Shown here: positions 38,054 through 47,136 of the stretch, piece after piece
Numbering within the stretch: position 1 is the first letter of the stretch
Layout: each line of letters begins with the position of its first letter
From: Candidatus Woesearchaeota archaeon
Lineage (GTDB): Archaea > Nanobdellota > Nanobdellia > Woesearchaeales > 21-14-0-10-32-9
DNA: 64,000 nucleotides
Assembly (NCBI GenBank): GCA_020854775.1
Contig: JAHKLZ010000005.1
Location: forward strand, 49,797 to 113,796
Direction of reading: 5' to 3'
Position numbers and translations under genes: made by a program
The notes under the pieces: model-generated
Seen by the model: the letters and a program-made list of their open reading frames with translations, nothing else
What the model was told of the DNA's origin: nothing
Databases searched by the model: none

Positions 38054-38719
38054 TTGTTTATTTTGCTTAAGGAAATTGTTACTGAGGATGGTTCTGTTAC
38101 TTTTTTTAATGAATTAGTTCAGGATTCTTATCATTCTGTTAGTGGCGCGGAGGAAGAGTCTAGGAAGAAATATGCTGAGTTGGTTGCGAGGTTTCTTCCT
38201 GTTAAGGATGAAGTCGTTGTTTATGATGTTTGTTTTGGTCTTGGTTATAATTCCGCTGCTGTTATTGATTTGGTTAAATATAAAGAGTTGAGGTTTTTTT
38301 GTTTTGAGAATGATAAAAGTATTCTTGGTAAGGTTGCTTTGTTAAATCCTGGTTTTAGTAGTTATGTTTTTGTTAAGGAGTTTGTTAATAATTTTTTGTT
38401 AAGGGAACAAGATTCTTTGGTTAGGGAAGGTTTGTTTTTGAATATGGTTTTTGGTGATTTTACTACTAGGATTCATGATGTTTTGGAGATGGCTGATTTT
38501 GTTTTGTTTGATGCTTTTTCTCCTAGTAAGGTTCCTGATTTGTGGTCTTTAAGTGTTTTTAGTTCTTTGTTTGGTAAAATGAATCCTGGTGCGTTGTTGT
38601 TTACTTATTCTTGTGCTAAGTTTGTTAGGAATAATCTTGTTAGTGCGGGCTTCGAGGTTTTTGATGGTCCTGTTGTTGGTAGGAAGAGTCCTGGTACTAT
38701 TGCTAGGAAGCCTTTTTAG
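38054..38719 (+). CDS. MnmC-like SAM-dependent methyltransferase (DUF752/Methyltransf_30)
   Basis: FDAFSPSKVPDLWS..LFTYSCAKFVRNNLVSAGFEV matches the MnmC N-terminal methyltransferase signature (DGFAP..NP.LW). Confidence 0.6.
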   Translation: MFILLKEIVTEDGSVTFFNELVQDSYHSVSGAEEESRKKYAELVARFLPVKDEVVVYDVCFGLGYNSAAVIDLVKYKELRFFCFENDKSILGKVALLNPGFSSYVFVKEFVNNFLLREQDSLVREGLFLNMVFGDFTTRIHDVLEMADFVLFDAFSPSKVPDLWSLSVFSSLFGKMNPGALLFTYSCAKFVRNNLVSAGFEVFDGPVVGRKSPGTIARKPF

Positions 38720-38726
38720 TTTTTTT

Positions 38727-38939
38727 TTATAATGTGAAGTTATTGTTTGTGTATTCTTCTATGTTTTGTGTTTTTATTTTTATTATTTGCATTGATTCTT
38801 CGCAGTAGTATTCTTCTTTGTTTATTCTTTGTAGTAGTGGTTGTTCTTCTAGAATTCGTTGTATGTTTTTTTTGATTAGTAGTCTTTTTCTTAGTAGTTT
38901 GTTTGTGTCTTGAACTGTATTGTTTATTTCGAAGAACAT
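38727..38939 (-). CDS. small hypothetical protein
   Basis: 70-aa ORF with weak support. Confidence 0.2.
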   Translation of the reverse strand: MFFEINNTVQDTNKLLRKRLLIKKNIQRILEEQPLLQRINKEEYYCEESMQIIKIKTQNIEEYTNNNFTL

Positions 38940-38995
38940 AAAAAAATAAGAAAATGGTTTGTTTAAAAAGTTCTGCGCGCGTATTTGTCCAGTGT

Positions 38996-39199
38996 TTATT
39001 GGTCTATTTTTACGTCTTCTACGCTTTCGCTTTCTTCTATTACGGCATCTAGTTTATCTTTGAATTCTTGTTCACTGATTATGCCTTTTTCTATTAGTAT
39101 GTCTAGTAACGTGTTTAGTGCATGATGATTCCCATATACTAAGTCTTCTGTTGCTAGCTCTTCGTATTGTTCGTCCATTGGGTTTTTTTCTTCAGTCAT
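38996..39199 (-). CDS. small acidic hypothetical protein
   Basis: 67 aa, Glu/Asp-rich. Confidence 0.3.
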   Translation of the reverse strand: MTEEKNPMDEQYEELATEDLVYGNHHALNTLLDILIEKGIISEQEFKDKLDAVIEESESVEDVKIDQ

Positions 39200-39383
39200 T
39201 ATTAATCACCTATTTTTTTGGTTTATTGTTTAGCATATAAATTTATCGGATGAAATACTTAGAATTTTCAGTTACTAGGGCAGGACTTTTTTTGAGGTCC
39301 TGCTCCGTAGCTGGCAGCAAAAATAATTTTTTTTGAATAGGAAAACCTAGATTAGTTGCTTTTAGCTCCTCTTTGTTTTTTTT

Positions 39384-39536
39384 TTAATTTTCTTCTTCCC
39401 AGAGTTTATCTTTGAAGTATTGTCCTTGTCTTTCTTCGTCGTCTTCGAATACTGTTTCTCTGAATCTTGTCACTGTGGCTCCGCAACCTAGTTTCTTCTG
39501 GAACCTTTCTACGTAGATATTCTTCAAACCCCTCAC
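39384..39536 (-). CDS. small ORF (47-50 aa) with a SUI1/eIF1-like C-terminal motif
   Basis: FQKKLGCGATV resembles the aSUI1 block LKSKLACGGTV. Below the ORF-track size cutoff. GGTGAGG ribosome-binding site before a TTG/GTG start. No room upstream for a full SUI1 N-terminal domain. Confidence 0.25.
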   Translation of the reverse strand: MRGLKNIYVERFQKKLGCGATVTRFRETVFEDDEERQGQYFKDKLWEEEN

Positions 39537-39591
39537 CTTATTATTAGTAATGAGTCTTTGTTTATATTTTTTAATGAAAATAATTATAGAA

Positions 39592-40152
39592 TTATCTTGA
39601 TACGAATAAGTTGTATTTTTCTTTTCCTTCTAGTTCTTGAACTATTCTTTTTACTATGAGTTTTTCTGGGTCTTGTATTAGTTTTACGCGTTGTTTTAAG
39701 TCTTTGAAGTCGCTGAATGGTTTGTCTCTTCTTTCTTCTATTATTTCCATCATGTGTTTTTTTCCTACTCCTGGTAAGAATTCTAGGGTGTGTATCCTCG
39801 TGTTTAGTGGTTTTGCTTCGTTGAAGAATTCTATGAATCTTTTTTCTTCTTTATGCACTATGTCTTTCACTGCGTGTTCTAGTTCTGCTTTCGCTGTGCT
39901 GGTTAGTTTCGTGTAGGGTATTCTTCCGTTTATGTGGTGTATTTTGTCTCTTTTTGATTGTCCTACGTACACTGTTTCGAATGGTTGTAAGAATATTCCT
40001 TTTCTTGGTACTAATTCTAGGATTGTGAAGTTGTTAATCCCAAGAGCTTGAACTATAGGGGTTTTCAAATGGCTCGGACTGTTGTCGTATGAATAGCCGT
40101 TTAGCAAAAAGTCTAGAACTATCGCTGTTTCTTCTCTTCTGTTTTGCATCAT
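39592..40152 (-). CDS. DUF655/COG1491-family protein with a C-terminal helix-hairpin-helix
   Basis: HhH motif LEFLPGVGKKHMMEIIE. N-terminal OB-like region typical of this archaeal family. Confidence 0.5.
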   Translation of the reverse strand: MMQNRREETAIVLDFLLNGYSYDNSPSHLKTPIVQALGINNFTILELVPRKGIFLQPFETVYVGQSKRDKIHHINGRIPYTKLTSTAKAELEHAVKDIVHKEEKRFIEFFNEAKPLNTRIHTLEFLPGVGKKHMMEIIEERRDKPFSDFKDLKQRVKLIQDPEKLIVKRIVQELEGKEKYNLFVSR

Positions 40153-40217
40153 TTACATCCCCCAATTTACTCATTAGTGATTAGTGAATTTGTTCACATA
40201 TTTATATATTTTGCCTT

Positions 40218-40412
40218 TCATGCTTGTATTTGGTAAGAATACGTGTTTCGTTTGCCTGCTGTTTTAAATTTTACTAGATTGGCTTTTCTTAATTTTTTTA
40301 AGGACATAGTTACTGATCCTATGCTTGCGTTTATTGATTCGCTTATTTCTTTAGATGTGTACCATCCTTTTTTGTTTTTTACGAGGAAATCGTATACTTC
40401 TTGTTGTCCCAT
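40218..40412 (-). CDS. small winged-HTH transcriptional regulator
   Basis: 64 aa with a wHTH (SKEISESINASIGSVTMSLKKLRKANLV). Divergent from the large gene at 40530. Confidence 0.5.
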   Translation of the reverse strand: MGQQEVYDFLVKNKKGWYTSKEISESINASIGSVTMSLKKLRKANLVKFKTAGKRNTYSYQIQA

Positions 40413-40529
40413 ATTTTGTTACATTGTGTTATCAATATATAAAGCTTTGCTTGTTTTTCTTGGTTTGGAATGAAAAAATTAATAAAAATCATTATAAATA
40501 AGTGTTACAATTAGTTTTTTCATGGTTGT

Positions 40530-42182
40530 TTGGTGGTTTTTATGAATAAGATTGAGCAGAGAATTATTCAAGCATTGACTTTGAGTAAGAATTCTGATAT
40601 TTCTACGACTGTTTTGGTTAAGAGTGTTTTTCCTTCTGAGTATGAGGAGTTGGTTTCTTTGATGAATAATCCTCAGCGTGATTTTGAGTTGGTTAAGATT
40701 GGTAAGCGGAATAAGGCTCGTCTTCATAGGAAGTTGTTGTATCATTTGAATAAGTTATCTGAGGATGATTTTATTAAGATTACTAGGGTTGTTGGTAAGG
40801 GTGAAAAGTTTTTTTGTTTGAATCATGAAAAAATTGTTCTTGATAAGAAGGATTTCGCGGTTAGGCGCGTGGTTGAGAGTATTTCTTCTTTAAAGGATGA
40901 TGTTCCTTTTTTGTCTGGTATTGAGGAGTACGAGGATGATAGGGTTGTGAAGCGTTTTGATTCTCAGAATTGGCTTACTAAGATTAATTCTTTTGTGTTG
41001 GAGTGTTCTCGTTTTCAAAGTATTAAGAAGTTGTATGAAACTCTTAGTGAGTCATATCCTATTTTTAATGACGTTGTTGGTTTGTTGGATTTTCAGGACG
41101 TGGTTGATAAGAGTTCTGTTGAGGAGCAGACTAATTTTTTGCGTAAGATTAATATTGATACTAAGGATTATAATAAGTATGTTAATCTTGTTTTTGATTT
41201 GACTAAGGTTAGGAATTATGTTAGGTTGAGTGATTTTTTTGATGTTTTTTCTGAGGTTAATCCTGATAAGGTCTTTGTGATTTTTCAGACTAATTCTAAG
41301 ACTTTGTCTGGTCAGAATCGTTTGATTAGTAGCGTGGTTAAGAATTTTTCTGAGAAGAAGATAAGGGTTAATGTTCAGAATGTTGATTTGCATAAGGCTC
41401 CTTATATGATTGGTAGGGCTGGTGCTTATACTTTTGATGAGCAGGATTGGGAGCTTTATTGTTCTAAGGTTCGTGGGAAAACGATTGGTGTTTGTTGTTC
41501 TGAGACTAGTATTTATATTGATATTTATCGTTCTTTTAAGGATAAGGTTAATTATTCTGCGTTTCGTGAGTTGATTATGAAGATTGCTCGTGCTTTGTTG
41601 TTGGCTACTTCTACTCAGCGTAAGAAATCTGATTCTTTGTTTAGGCCTGTGAATAAGCTTAATCAGGGTTTTCAGAGTAAGTTTTTTAGTTTTTCTTATA
41701 ATTATATTAGGTTGTGGAATTATGATTTGTTGTTTAGTCAGGAGCAGGATAAGGATTCTGGTTTCGTGATTTTTAATGATTTGTTGATGAGCGCGGTTGA
41801 TGAGTTGGATGAATTCTGTAAGTCTGAGGAGACTATTTTTAGATCTTGTGGTATTCCTATTCGTTTTAAGATTGTTTTGTCTAGTGCGTTTAGGCGTTTT
41901 GATAAGGATTTTTTGAGTCCTAGGATTTATAAGAAGGTTTTGATTAAGAGTTTGTCTGATTATTATTCTGATATTATTGTTAGGGACATTCGTAGGAGAG
42001 AGTCTTTGTATAAGGTTTTTAGGGGCGGGGATAGGGTTCGTTTTTTTAGGGATTCTAGGTCTTTGCCTGAGGAGATAATTTCTGAGTTTCATTTTTTGTT
42101 AACTAATCATTATTTGCCTTTTTTTACTTATGATTTTAGGTCTTTGAGTGGCGAGGTTACTTTGGATAGTTTTTTTAGGTGA
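40530..42182 (+). CDS. large hypothetical protein (550 aa) with an N-terminal wHTH
   Basis: The N-terminus resembles a wHTH (IEQRIIQALTLSKNSDISTTVLVKSV). The remaining ~470 aa has no recognisable domain. 4-nt overlap with the downstream thyA-like gene. Confidence 0.4.
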   Translation: MVVFMNKIEQRIIQALTLSKNSDISTTVLVKSVFPSEYEELVSLMNNPQRDFELVKIGKRNKARLHRKLLYHLNKLSEDDFIKITRVVGKGEKFFCLNHEKIVLDKKDFAVRRVVESISSLKDDVPFLSGIEEYEDDRVVKRFDSQNWLTKINSFVLECSRFQSIKKLYETLSESYPIFNDVVGLLDFQDVVDKSSVEEQTNFLRKINIDTKDYNKYVNLVFDLTKVRNYVRLSDFFDVFSEVNPDKVFVIFQTNSKTLSGQNRLISSVVKNFSEKKIRVNVQNVDLHKAPYMIGRAGAYTFDEQDWELYCSKVRGKTIGVCCSETSIYIDIYRSFKDKVNYSAFRELIMKIARALLLATSTQRKKSDSLFRPVNKLNQGFQSKFFSFSYNYIRLWNYDLLFSQEQDKDSGFVIFNDLLMSAVDELDEFCKSEETIFRSCGIPIRFKIVLSSAFRRFDKDFLSPRIYKKVLIKSLSDYYSDIIVRDIRRRESLYKVFRGGDRVRFFRDSRSLPEEIISEFHFLLTNHYLPFFTYDFRSLSGEVTLDSFFR

Positions 42183-42841
42183 TGTTTATGGAGCTTACGA
42201 GTAATAGTGCTTTGGATTTGTGGAAGCGCGCGGTTTTGCTTATTAGGGATAATGGTAGAGATTTTACTGATAATGATAGTAGGGTTTGTCGTGAGTTATT
42301 TAATCTTGTTTTGAATCTTGAGTGTGTTGATGATTCTGGTGTTGATGAACCTATTAAGACCATGATTGAGTCTAAGAAATGGGTTTATCCTTCTAAGGAG
42401 GAGTTGTCTGGTATTATGTTTAAGGAGTTTCAGGCTCCTATTTATGAGTATACTTATGGTGGTAGAATTTTTGGTTTTGGTAATGAGCTTGATCAGATTA
42501 ATTCTTTTATTATTCCTTTGCTTTCTAGGGATCCTAGTTCTAGGCGCGCAGTTCTTGTTTTTTATGATCCTTGTGAGGATTCTAAGATTGATAATAAGAA
42601 TACTCCTGGTATTATTTATGTTCAGTTCAGGGTCGTTGATGATAAGCTTAATATGAATTGTCATATTCGTAGTAATGATTTGTTTTTTGGTTGGCCTGCT
42701 AATATTTATCAGTTGTTTTGTTTGATGAGCTTTGTTTCTAAGAAGCTTGATTTGAAGAATGGTACTATTACTACTTTTAGTAATTCGGCTCATGTTTTTG
42801 TTGATGATTTTTCTGAGGCTGAGGATGTTTTGGGTGTTTGA
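42179..42841 (+). CDS. thyA: thymidylate synthase ThyA family (short archaeal form), atypical active-site loop
   Basis: Conserved ThyA blocks DPSSRRAVLVFYDP, IRSNDLFFGWPANI and FSNSAHVFVDD. The position of the catalytic P-C-H aligns to T-P-G-I. Confidence 0.7.
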   Translation: MMFMELTSNSALDLWKRAVLLIRDNGRDFTDNDSRVCRELFNLVLNLECVDDSGVDEPIKTMIESKKWVYPSKEELSGIMFKEFQAPIYEYTYGGRIFGFGNELDQINSFIIPLLSRDPSSRRAVLVFYDPCEDSKIDNKNTPGIIYVQFRVVDDKLNMNCHIRSNDLFFGWPANIYQLFCLMSFVSKKLDLKNGTITTFSNSAHVFVDDFSEAEDVLGV

Positions 42842-42850
42842 GGTGGTTTT

Positions 42851-43033
42851 GTGAAAGTTCCTAAGGAAAAGCCTTTATCGAAGGATGCTGTCATTAAGTT
42901 GTTGAGGGAAGAGATTGTTCGGAAGGATGGAGAGATTGAGCGTTTGAGGAAGGAGAATTCTTTGTTGTTGAATGTTACTTATAAGAATGCGAAGCGTAGA
43001 GTTGAGGAAATTCACGAGGTTGAGGATGATTAG
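42851..43033 (+). CDS. small coiled-coil protein
   Basis: 60 aa. Last gene of the putative 40530-43033 operon. Confidence 0.25.
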   Translation: MKVPKEKPLSKDAVIKLLREEIVRKDGEIERLRKENSLLLNVTYKNAKRRVEEIHEVEDD

Positions 43034-43641
43034 TTTTGGTTGTTTATTTTTTGTTTGAGTTTTTCGAAGTCTTTTTCTAGTGTTTCTTTTAAGTCGGGGT
43101 TGTATAGTGTTGCTGCAGGGTGGTACATAGGCATTATTATTAGTTCGTTTATTTTTTGTGTTTCTCCGTGTAGCTTTGTTATTCCTTGTATTTTGTTCAT
43201 TCCGTTCGTTGTGAATCCTGCTAGTACGAATTTTGTTGCGTAATTTCCTAGGGTGCAGATTATTTGTGGGTTTATTATTTTTATTTGTTTTATTAGGTAA
43301 GGTGTATGATTTTTTATTTCTTCTGTGGTTGGGTTTCTGTTTTTTGGTGGTCTGTATTTTAGGATGTTGGCGATGTACACGTCTTCCATGGTTAGGTCTA
43401 TTTTTTTTAGTAGTTCGTCTAGTTTTTTTCCTGCGGATCCTACGAAGGGTATTCCTTGTTGGTCTTCTTTTTCTCCAGGTGCTTCTCCTATGAATAATAT
43501 CTTAGCGTCGGGGTTTCCTTTTCCGAATACTAAGTTAGTGGCTGTTTTTTTTAGTGGGCAGTTCAGGTTTTCTTTTATTTCTTGTTCTATTATTTTTAGT
43601 TGTTCTTGTTTTGAATCTTCTCTTAATGTTGTTTGTGTCAT
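43030..43641 (-). CDS. udg: uracil-DNA glycosylase, family 4-like
   Basis: GEAPGEKEDQQGIPFVGSAGKKL motif. Only one Cys lies where the family 4 Fe-S cluster usually sits. Confidence 0.7.
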   Translation of the reverse strand: MTQTTLREDSKQEQLKIIEQEIKENLNCPLKKTATNLVFGKGNPDAKILFIGEAPGEKEDQQGIPFVGSAGKKLDELLKKIDLTMEDVYIANILKYRPPKNRNPTTEEIKNHTPYLIKQIKIINPQIICTLGNYATKFVLAGFTTNGMNKIQGITKLHGETQKINELIIMPMYHPAATLYNPDLKETLEKDFEKLKQKINNQN

Positions 43642-43762
43642 TTATTTGTTTTTAGTTGTTGTTATTTTTATTTTTTTGTGTTTTTTAGCTCATTTTAAGT
43701 TTTGTAATAATTATTTTGTATGATAGAAAAGTATTTAAACAACTTCGAGAAAGAATTAGTTT

Positions 43763-43969
43763 ATGGATGAAGACCGTGATGATTTCGAGGAAGTGTATGA
43801 CGATGAGTCTCGTGAGGAATTAGTTGATAATGATCAGATTTCTCCTGAGGAAGAGGCGTTCATGGCTGGTTATGACGAAGTTAAAGAAAAAGTGAAAAAG
43901 AACTTTGAGGGCGATGATGCTTACGAGCAGGCTTTTGAAGAGAAAAATGTTAAGGGTAAGCGTAAATAA
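43763..43969 (+). CDS. small acidic hypothetical protein
   Basis: 68 aa, Asp/Glu-rich. Confidence 0.25.
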   Translation: MDEDRDDFEEVYDDESREELVDNDQISPEEEAFMAGYDEVKEKVKKNFEGDDAYEQAFEEKNVKGKRK

Positions 43970-44018
43970 CTTTTTTTTGGGTTCTTTTATGATTCTTTGT
44001 TAAATAATACTTTTTTGA

Positions 44019-45941
44019 TTATTGTTTTTCTTTGATTTCTTGTATTATTTGTTCTGTGAATTTGTCTAGTTTTGCTTCTCCGTGTATTACTCCGTCGCGA
44101 GTTCTTACGTTGATTGTTTCGTTTTGTTGTTCTTTTTCTCCTAGTACTATTATGTATTTTACTTGTTCTAATTGTGCGTTCCTGATTTTTTTACCCATTG
44201 TTTCTGGTTTGTAATCTTTTTCTGTGCGTATTCCTTTTTGTTCTAGGTATTCTATTATTTTATCTGCGTAAATGTTTTGTTTGTCCGTTATTGTTAATAC
44301 TTTTACTTGTACTGGGCTGAGCCATAGTGGTAGTTTTCCTGCGTAGTGTTCTATTAGTACGCCGATGAATCGTTCTAGTGATCCTAGGATTGCTCTGTGC
44401 ACCATGATGGGGTAGTGTTTGGTTCCGTCTTCTCCTTCGTATGTTGCTTTGAATCGTTCTGGCATTTGGAAGTCTAGTTGTATTGTTGAGCATTGCCAGT
44501 CTCGTCCTAATGCGTCTTTTATGTCGAAGTCTATTTTTGGTCCGTAGAATGCGCCTTCTCCTTCTTTTATTTCATAAATCATGTTTTTGTGGTCTAGTGC
44601 TAATTTTAGTGCGCGTTCTGCTTCAGTCCATAATTCTGAGGAGCCCATTGCTTTTTCTGGTTTCGTGCTTAGTTTTATTTTGTATTCGAATTTGAATATT
44701 TTTTTGTATATGTACTCTGTGAAGTCTAGTAAGTCTAGTATTTCTTGTTGTAGTTGTTCTTTAGTACAGAAGATGTGTGCGTCGTCTTGTGAGAATCTTC
44801 TTACTCTGGTTAGTCCTCCTAGGACTCCTTTTAGTTCGTTTCTGTGTAGGGGTGCGAAGTCAGCTATTTTTAGTGGTAGGTCTCTGTAGCTTCTTGTTAT
44901 GTTTTTAAATAATATTAGGTGGCTTGGACAATTCATTGGTTTTAATGAGAATTCTCTTTCATCTATGTTTAGTAAAAACATGTTTTCTTTGTAGTGTTCC
45001 CAGTGCCCTGAGGTTTCCCATAGTGATTTGTCATATATTAATGGTGTTATGACTTCGTGGTATTTTCTTTTTTTGTATTCTTCTCTTAAAAAGGTTAGTA
45101 ATTCGTTGTATATGATTGTTCCTTTTGGGTGGAAGAATGCTGCGCCTGGGCTTACGTCATTAAAAAAATATAGGTCTAGGGCTTTTCCTATTTTTCTATG
45201 GTCTCTTTTTTCTGCTTCTTCTATTAAGTGTAAGTGTTCTTGTAGTTGTTTTTTTTCTGGGAAGCTTATTCCGTATAATCTTTGTAGTTGTTTGTTTTTT
45301 GCGTCTGCTCTCCAGTATGCTCCTGCTATTTTAGTGATTTTGAATGCTTTTATCATTCCTGTTCTGGGAACGTGTGGTCCTCTGCATAAATCTGAGAATT
45401 CTCCTTGTTCGTAAACAGTGATTTTATCTTTGTAGTTTTCTTCGTCTAATCCTATGCCTTTTAGTAATTCGAGTTTGTATTTGTTGTCTTTGAATAGTTC
45501 TTGTGCTTGTTCTTGTGTTAGTTCTTTTCTTTTCACTGGTAAGTTTTCTTTTACTATTTTGTTCATTTCTTGTTCTATTTTTTCTAGGTCTTCTTGTTTG
45601 AATGGTGCGTGATCAATATCGTAGTAGTATCCTTCTTTTACTACTGGTCCTATTGTTAGTTTTGCTTCTGGGAATACGCGTAGTATTGCTTGTGCCATTA
45701 AGTGAGCAGACGAGTGTCTGAATACGTCTTGTCCTTCTTCGTCTTCAAAGGTTAAGAATTTGATTGTTCCATTAGTTCGTATTGGTTCATACAAGTCTTT
45801 TAGTTCTTCGTTTATTGAGTAACAAATGGTTTTTCTTGCTAGTCCTTCTGATATGTTTTTTACTATTTCTTCTCCTGTTATTCCTTCTTCGTATTTTTTC
45901 TTTAATCCATCTGGGAATTCTAGAGTTATTTCTTTAGTCAT
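44019..45941 (-). CDS. thrS: threonyl-tRNA synthetase
   Basis: TGS domain, class II motifs, and a Zn-binding editing/catalytic region (HRDLK...). Confidence 0.9.
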   Translation of the reverse strand: MTKEITLEFPDGLKKKYEEGITGEEIVKNISEGLARKTICYSINEELKDLYEPIRTNGTIKFLTFEDEEGQDVFRHSSAHLMAQAILRVFPEAKLTIGPVVKEGYYYDIDHAPFKQEDLEKIEQEMNKIVKENLPVKRKELTQEQAQELFKDNKYKLELLKGIGLDEENYKDKITVYEQGEFSDLCRGPHVPRTGMIKAFKITKIAGAYWRADAKNKQLQRLYGISFPEKKQLQEHLHLIEEAEKRDHRKIGKALDLYFFNDVSPGAAFFHPKGTIIYNELLTFLREEYKKRKYHEVITPLIYDKSLWETSGHWEHYKENMFLLNIDEREFSLKPMNCPSHLILFKNITRSYRDLPLKIADFAPLHRNELKGVLGGLTRVRRFSQDDAHIFCTKEQLQQEILDLLDFTEYIYKKIFKFEYKIKLSTKPEKAMGSSELWTEAERALKLALDHKNMIYEIKEGEGAFYGPKIDFDIKDALGRDWQCSTIQLDFQMPERFKATYEGEDGTKHYPIMVHRAILGSLERFIGVLIEHYAGKLPLWLSPVQVKVLTITDKQNIYADKIIEYLEQKGIRTEKDYKPETMGKKIRNAQLEQVKYIIVLGEKEQQNETINVRTRDGVIHGEAKLDKFTEQIIQEIKEKQ

Positions 45942-46096
45942 TTTTTACCTCTTGAAAATATTATTTGTTTTTGATTAATTCGTGTGTTTCTTTTTTTTAT
46001 AAAGTTTTTTGATTAATCCACACAATAATGTTTTATAACTACTACTAGATGACACAACATTTATATGTTTTTGTTGTTTTACTTTATTAGTTAAAT

Positions 46097-47011
46097 ATGT
46101 TTTTTTCAAAAAATTATTTAGAGGATTTAGTATTAGTGCCTGTTAGTTCTAATAATAGAGTTGATAATTTTTGTGTTCGTGATGTTTTGTTTTTTTCTGA
46201 TATTTCTGAAAAAGATTCTTTTAATAAAGAGTCTGTTTACAAAAGTTACGTTAAGGGTTTGTCTCTTGAGCAATATAAGAATCAGGGAAGAATTGTTTCT
46301 CTTGATAACAAAGATTATTTTTTGGAATCTGATAGTTTAGTTGAGAGATTAGTTCTTAATAATTTTAGGAAATTCTTTGAAAATACTTGGAATAAAGGTT
46401 TTTCTACTGTTGATTCTGATTTTATTAGTTCTAGAAAAAATTTTTATGAAGAATCAAGTGTTTCTTCTTTGCCTGTTTTAAATCTTGTTCTTGATTTAAG
46501 CACTGATGAATTATTGGTTTTTGAAGCTAAGCCCGACATGGTTAATTTAGCTAAGTATCTTAGTGATGAACGGCCTGATTTTGAAAAAGTTAAAGCTCTT
46601 AATGAGTTATTTGGTTCTCTTAGTGTTATGCATGAGCATAATTACGTTGTTGGTGATCCTACTGCTTTCATCGTTGAGTATTCTGAAGGTAAAGCGTATT
46701 TTACTAATCTTAGGTTTGCTAAGAAAACTATTGCTAACGAGGATTTTGCGCGTGATGCTTCTCAATTCATTATTTCTGGTTCTTATAATTCTGGTTTGCC
46801 TTTAAAGGATTTTGTTGAGTGTTTTTCTAATAATTATGTTGTTTCTGATGATTTCGTTAGGGGTTTGAGAAGTGTTTCTTATAATGATAGTAAGCCTGTT
46901 AATTATTTTTCTGGTTTGGCAAGGAATGTTTTTAGTGGTTTTGTTTTTGGTAAATCTTTTGACGAAGTTAAAAATGAGCGAAGAGAAATCTTGGATTTGC
47001 TTTTTGATTAA
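46097..47011 (+). CDS. hypothetical protein, possibly an atypical (RIO/Bud32/Kdo-like) kinase fold
   Basis: The block MHEHNYVVGDPTAFIVEY resembles a catalytic loop (hH..ihgDl...Nfi). Weak call. Confidence 0.3.
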   Translation: MFFSKNYLEDLVLVPVSSNNRVDNFCVRDVLFFSDISEKDSFNKESVYKSYVKGLSLEQYKNQGRIVSLDNKDYFLESDSLVERLVLNNFRKFFENTWNKGFSTVDSDFISSRKNFYEESSVSSLPVLNLVLDLSTDELLVFEAKPDMVNLAKYLSDERPDFEKVKALNELFGSLSVMHEHNYVVGDPTAFIVEYSEGKAYFTNLRFAKKTIANEDFARDASQFIISGSYNSGLPLKDFVECFSNNYVVSDDFVRGLRSVSYNDSKPVNYFSGLARNVFSGFVFGKSFDEVKNERREILDLLFD

Positions 47012-47136
47012 ATTTTTTTAATAGGAATGCCCACGCGGGGACTTGGACTTTTCAGGTTCAAATCACTCTATCAAATCAATCAATCATATAATTTCGCGTT
47101 TATTTTATATACTTTGATAAATTTTTTATCAATAGT

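Noticed and set aside
42179-42841. Considered annotating the ThyA-like gene as dCMP hydroxymethylase or as flavin-dependent ThyX.
   Set aside because: Block-level similarity is to ThyA (the RSxD...GxPxNI and SRR motifs). There is no ThyX RHRX7S motif, and the hydroxymethylase-specific residues cannot be assessed by eye.
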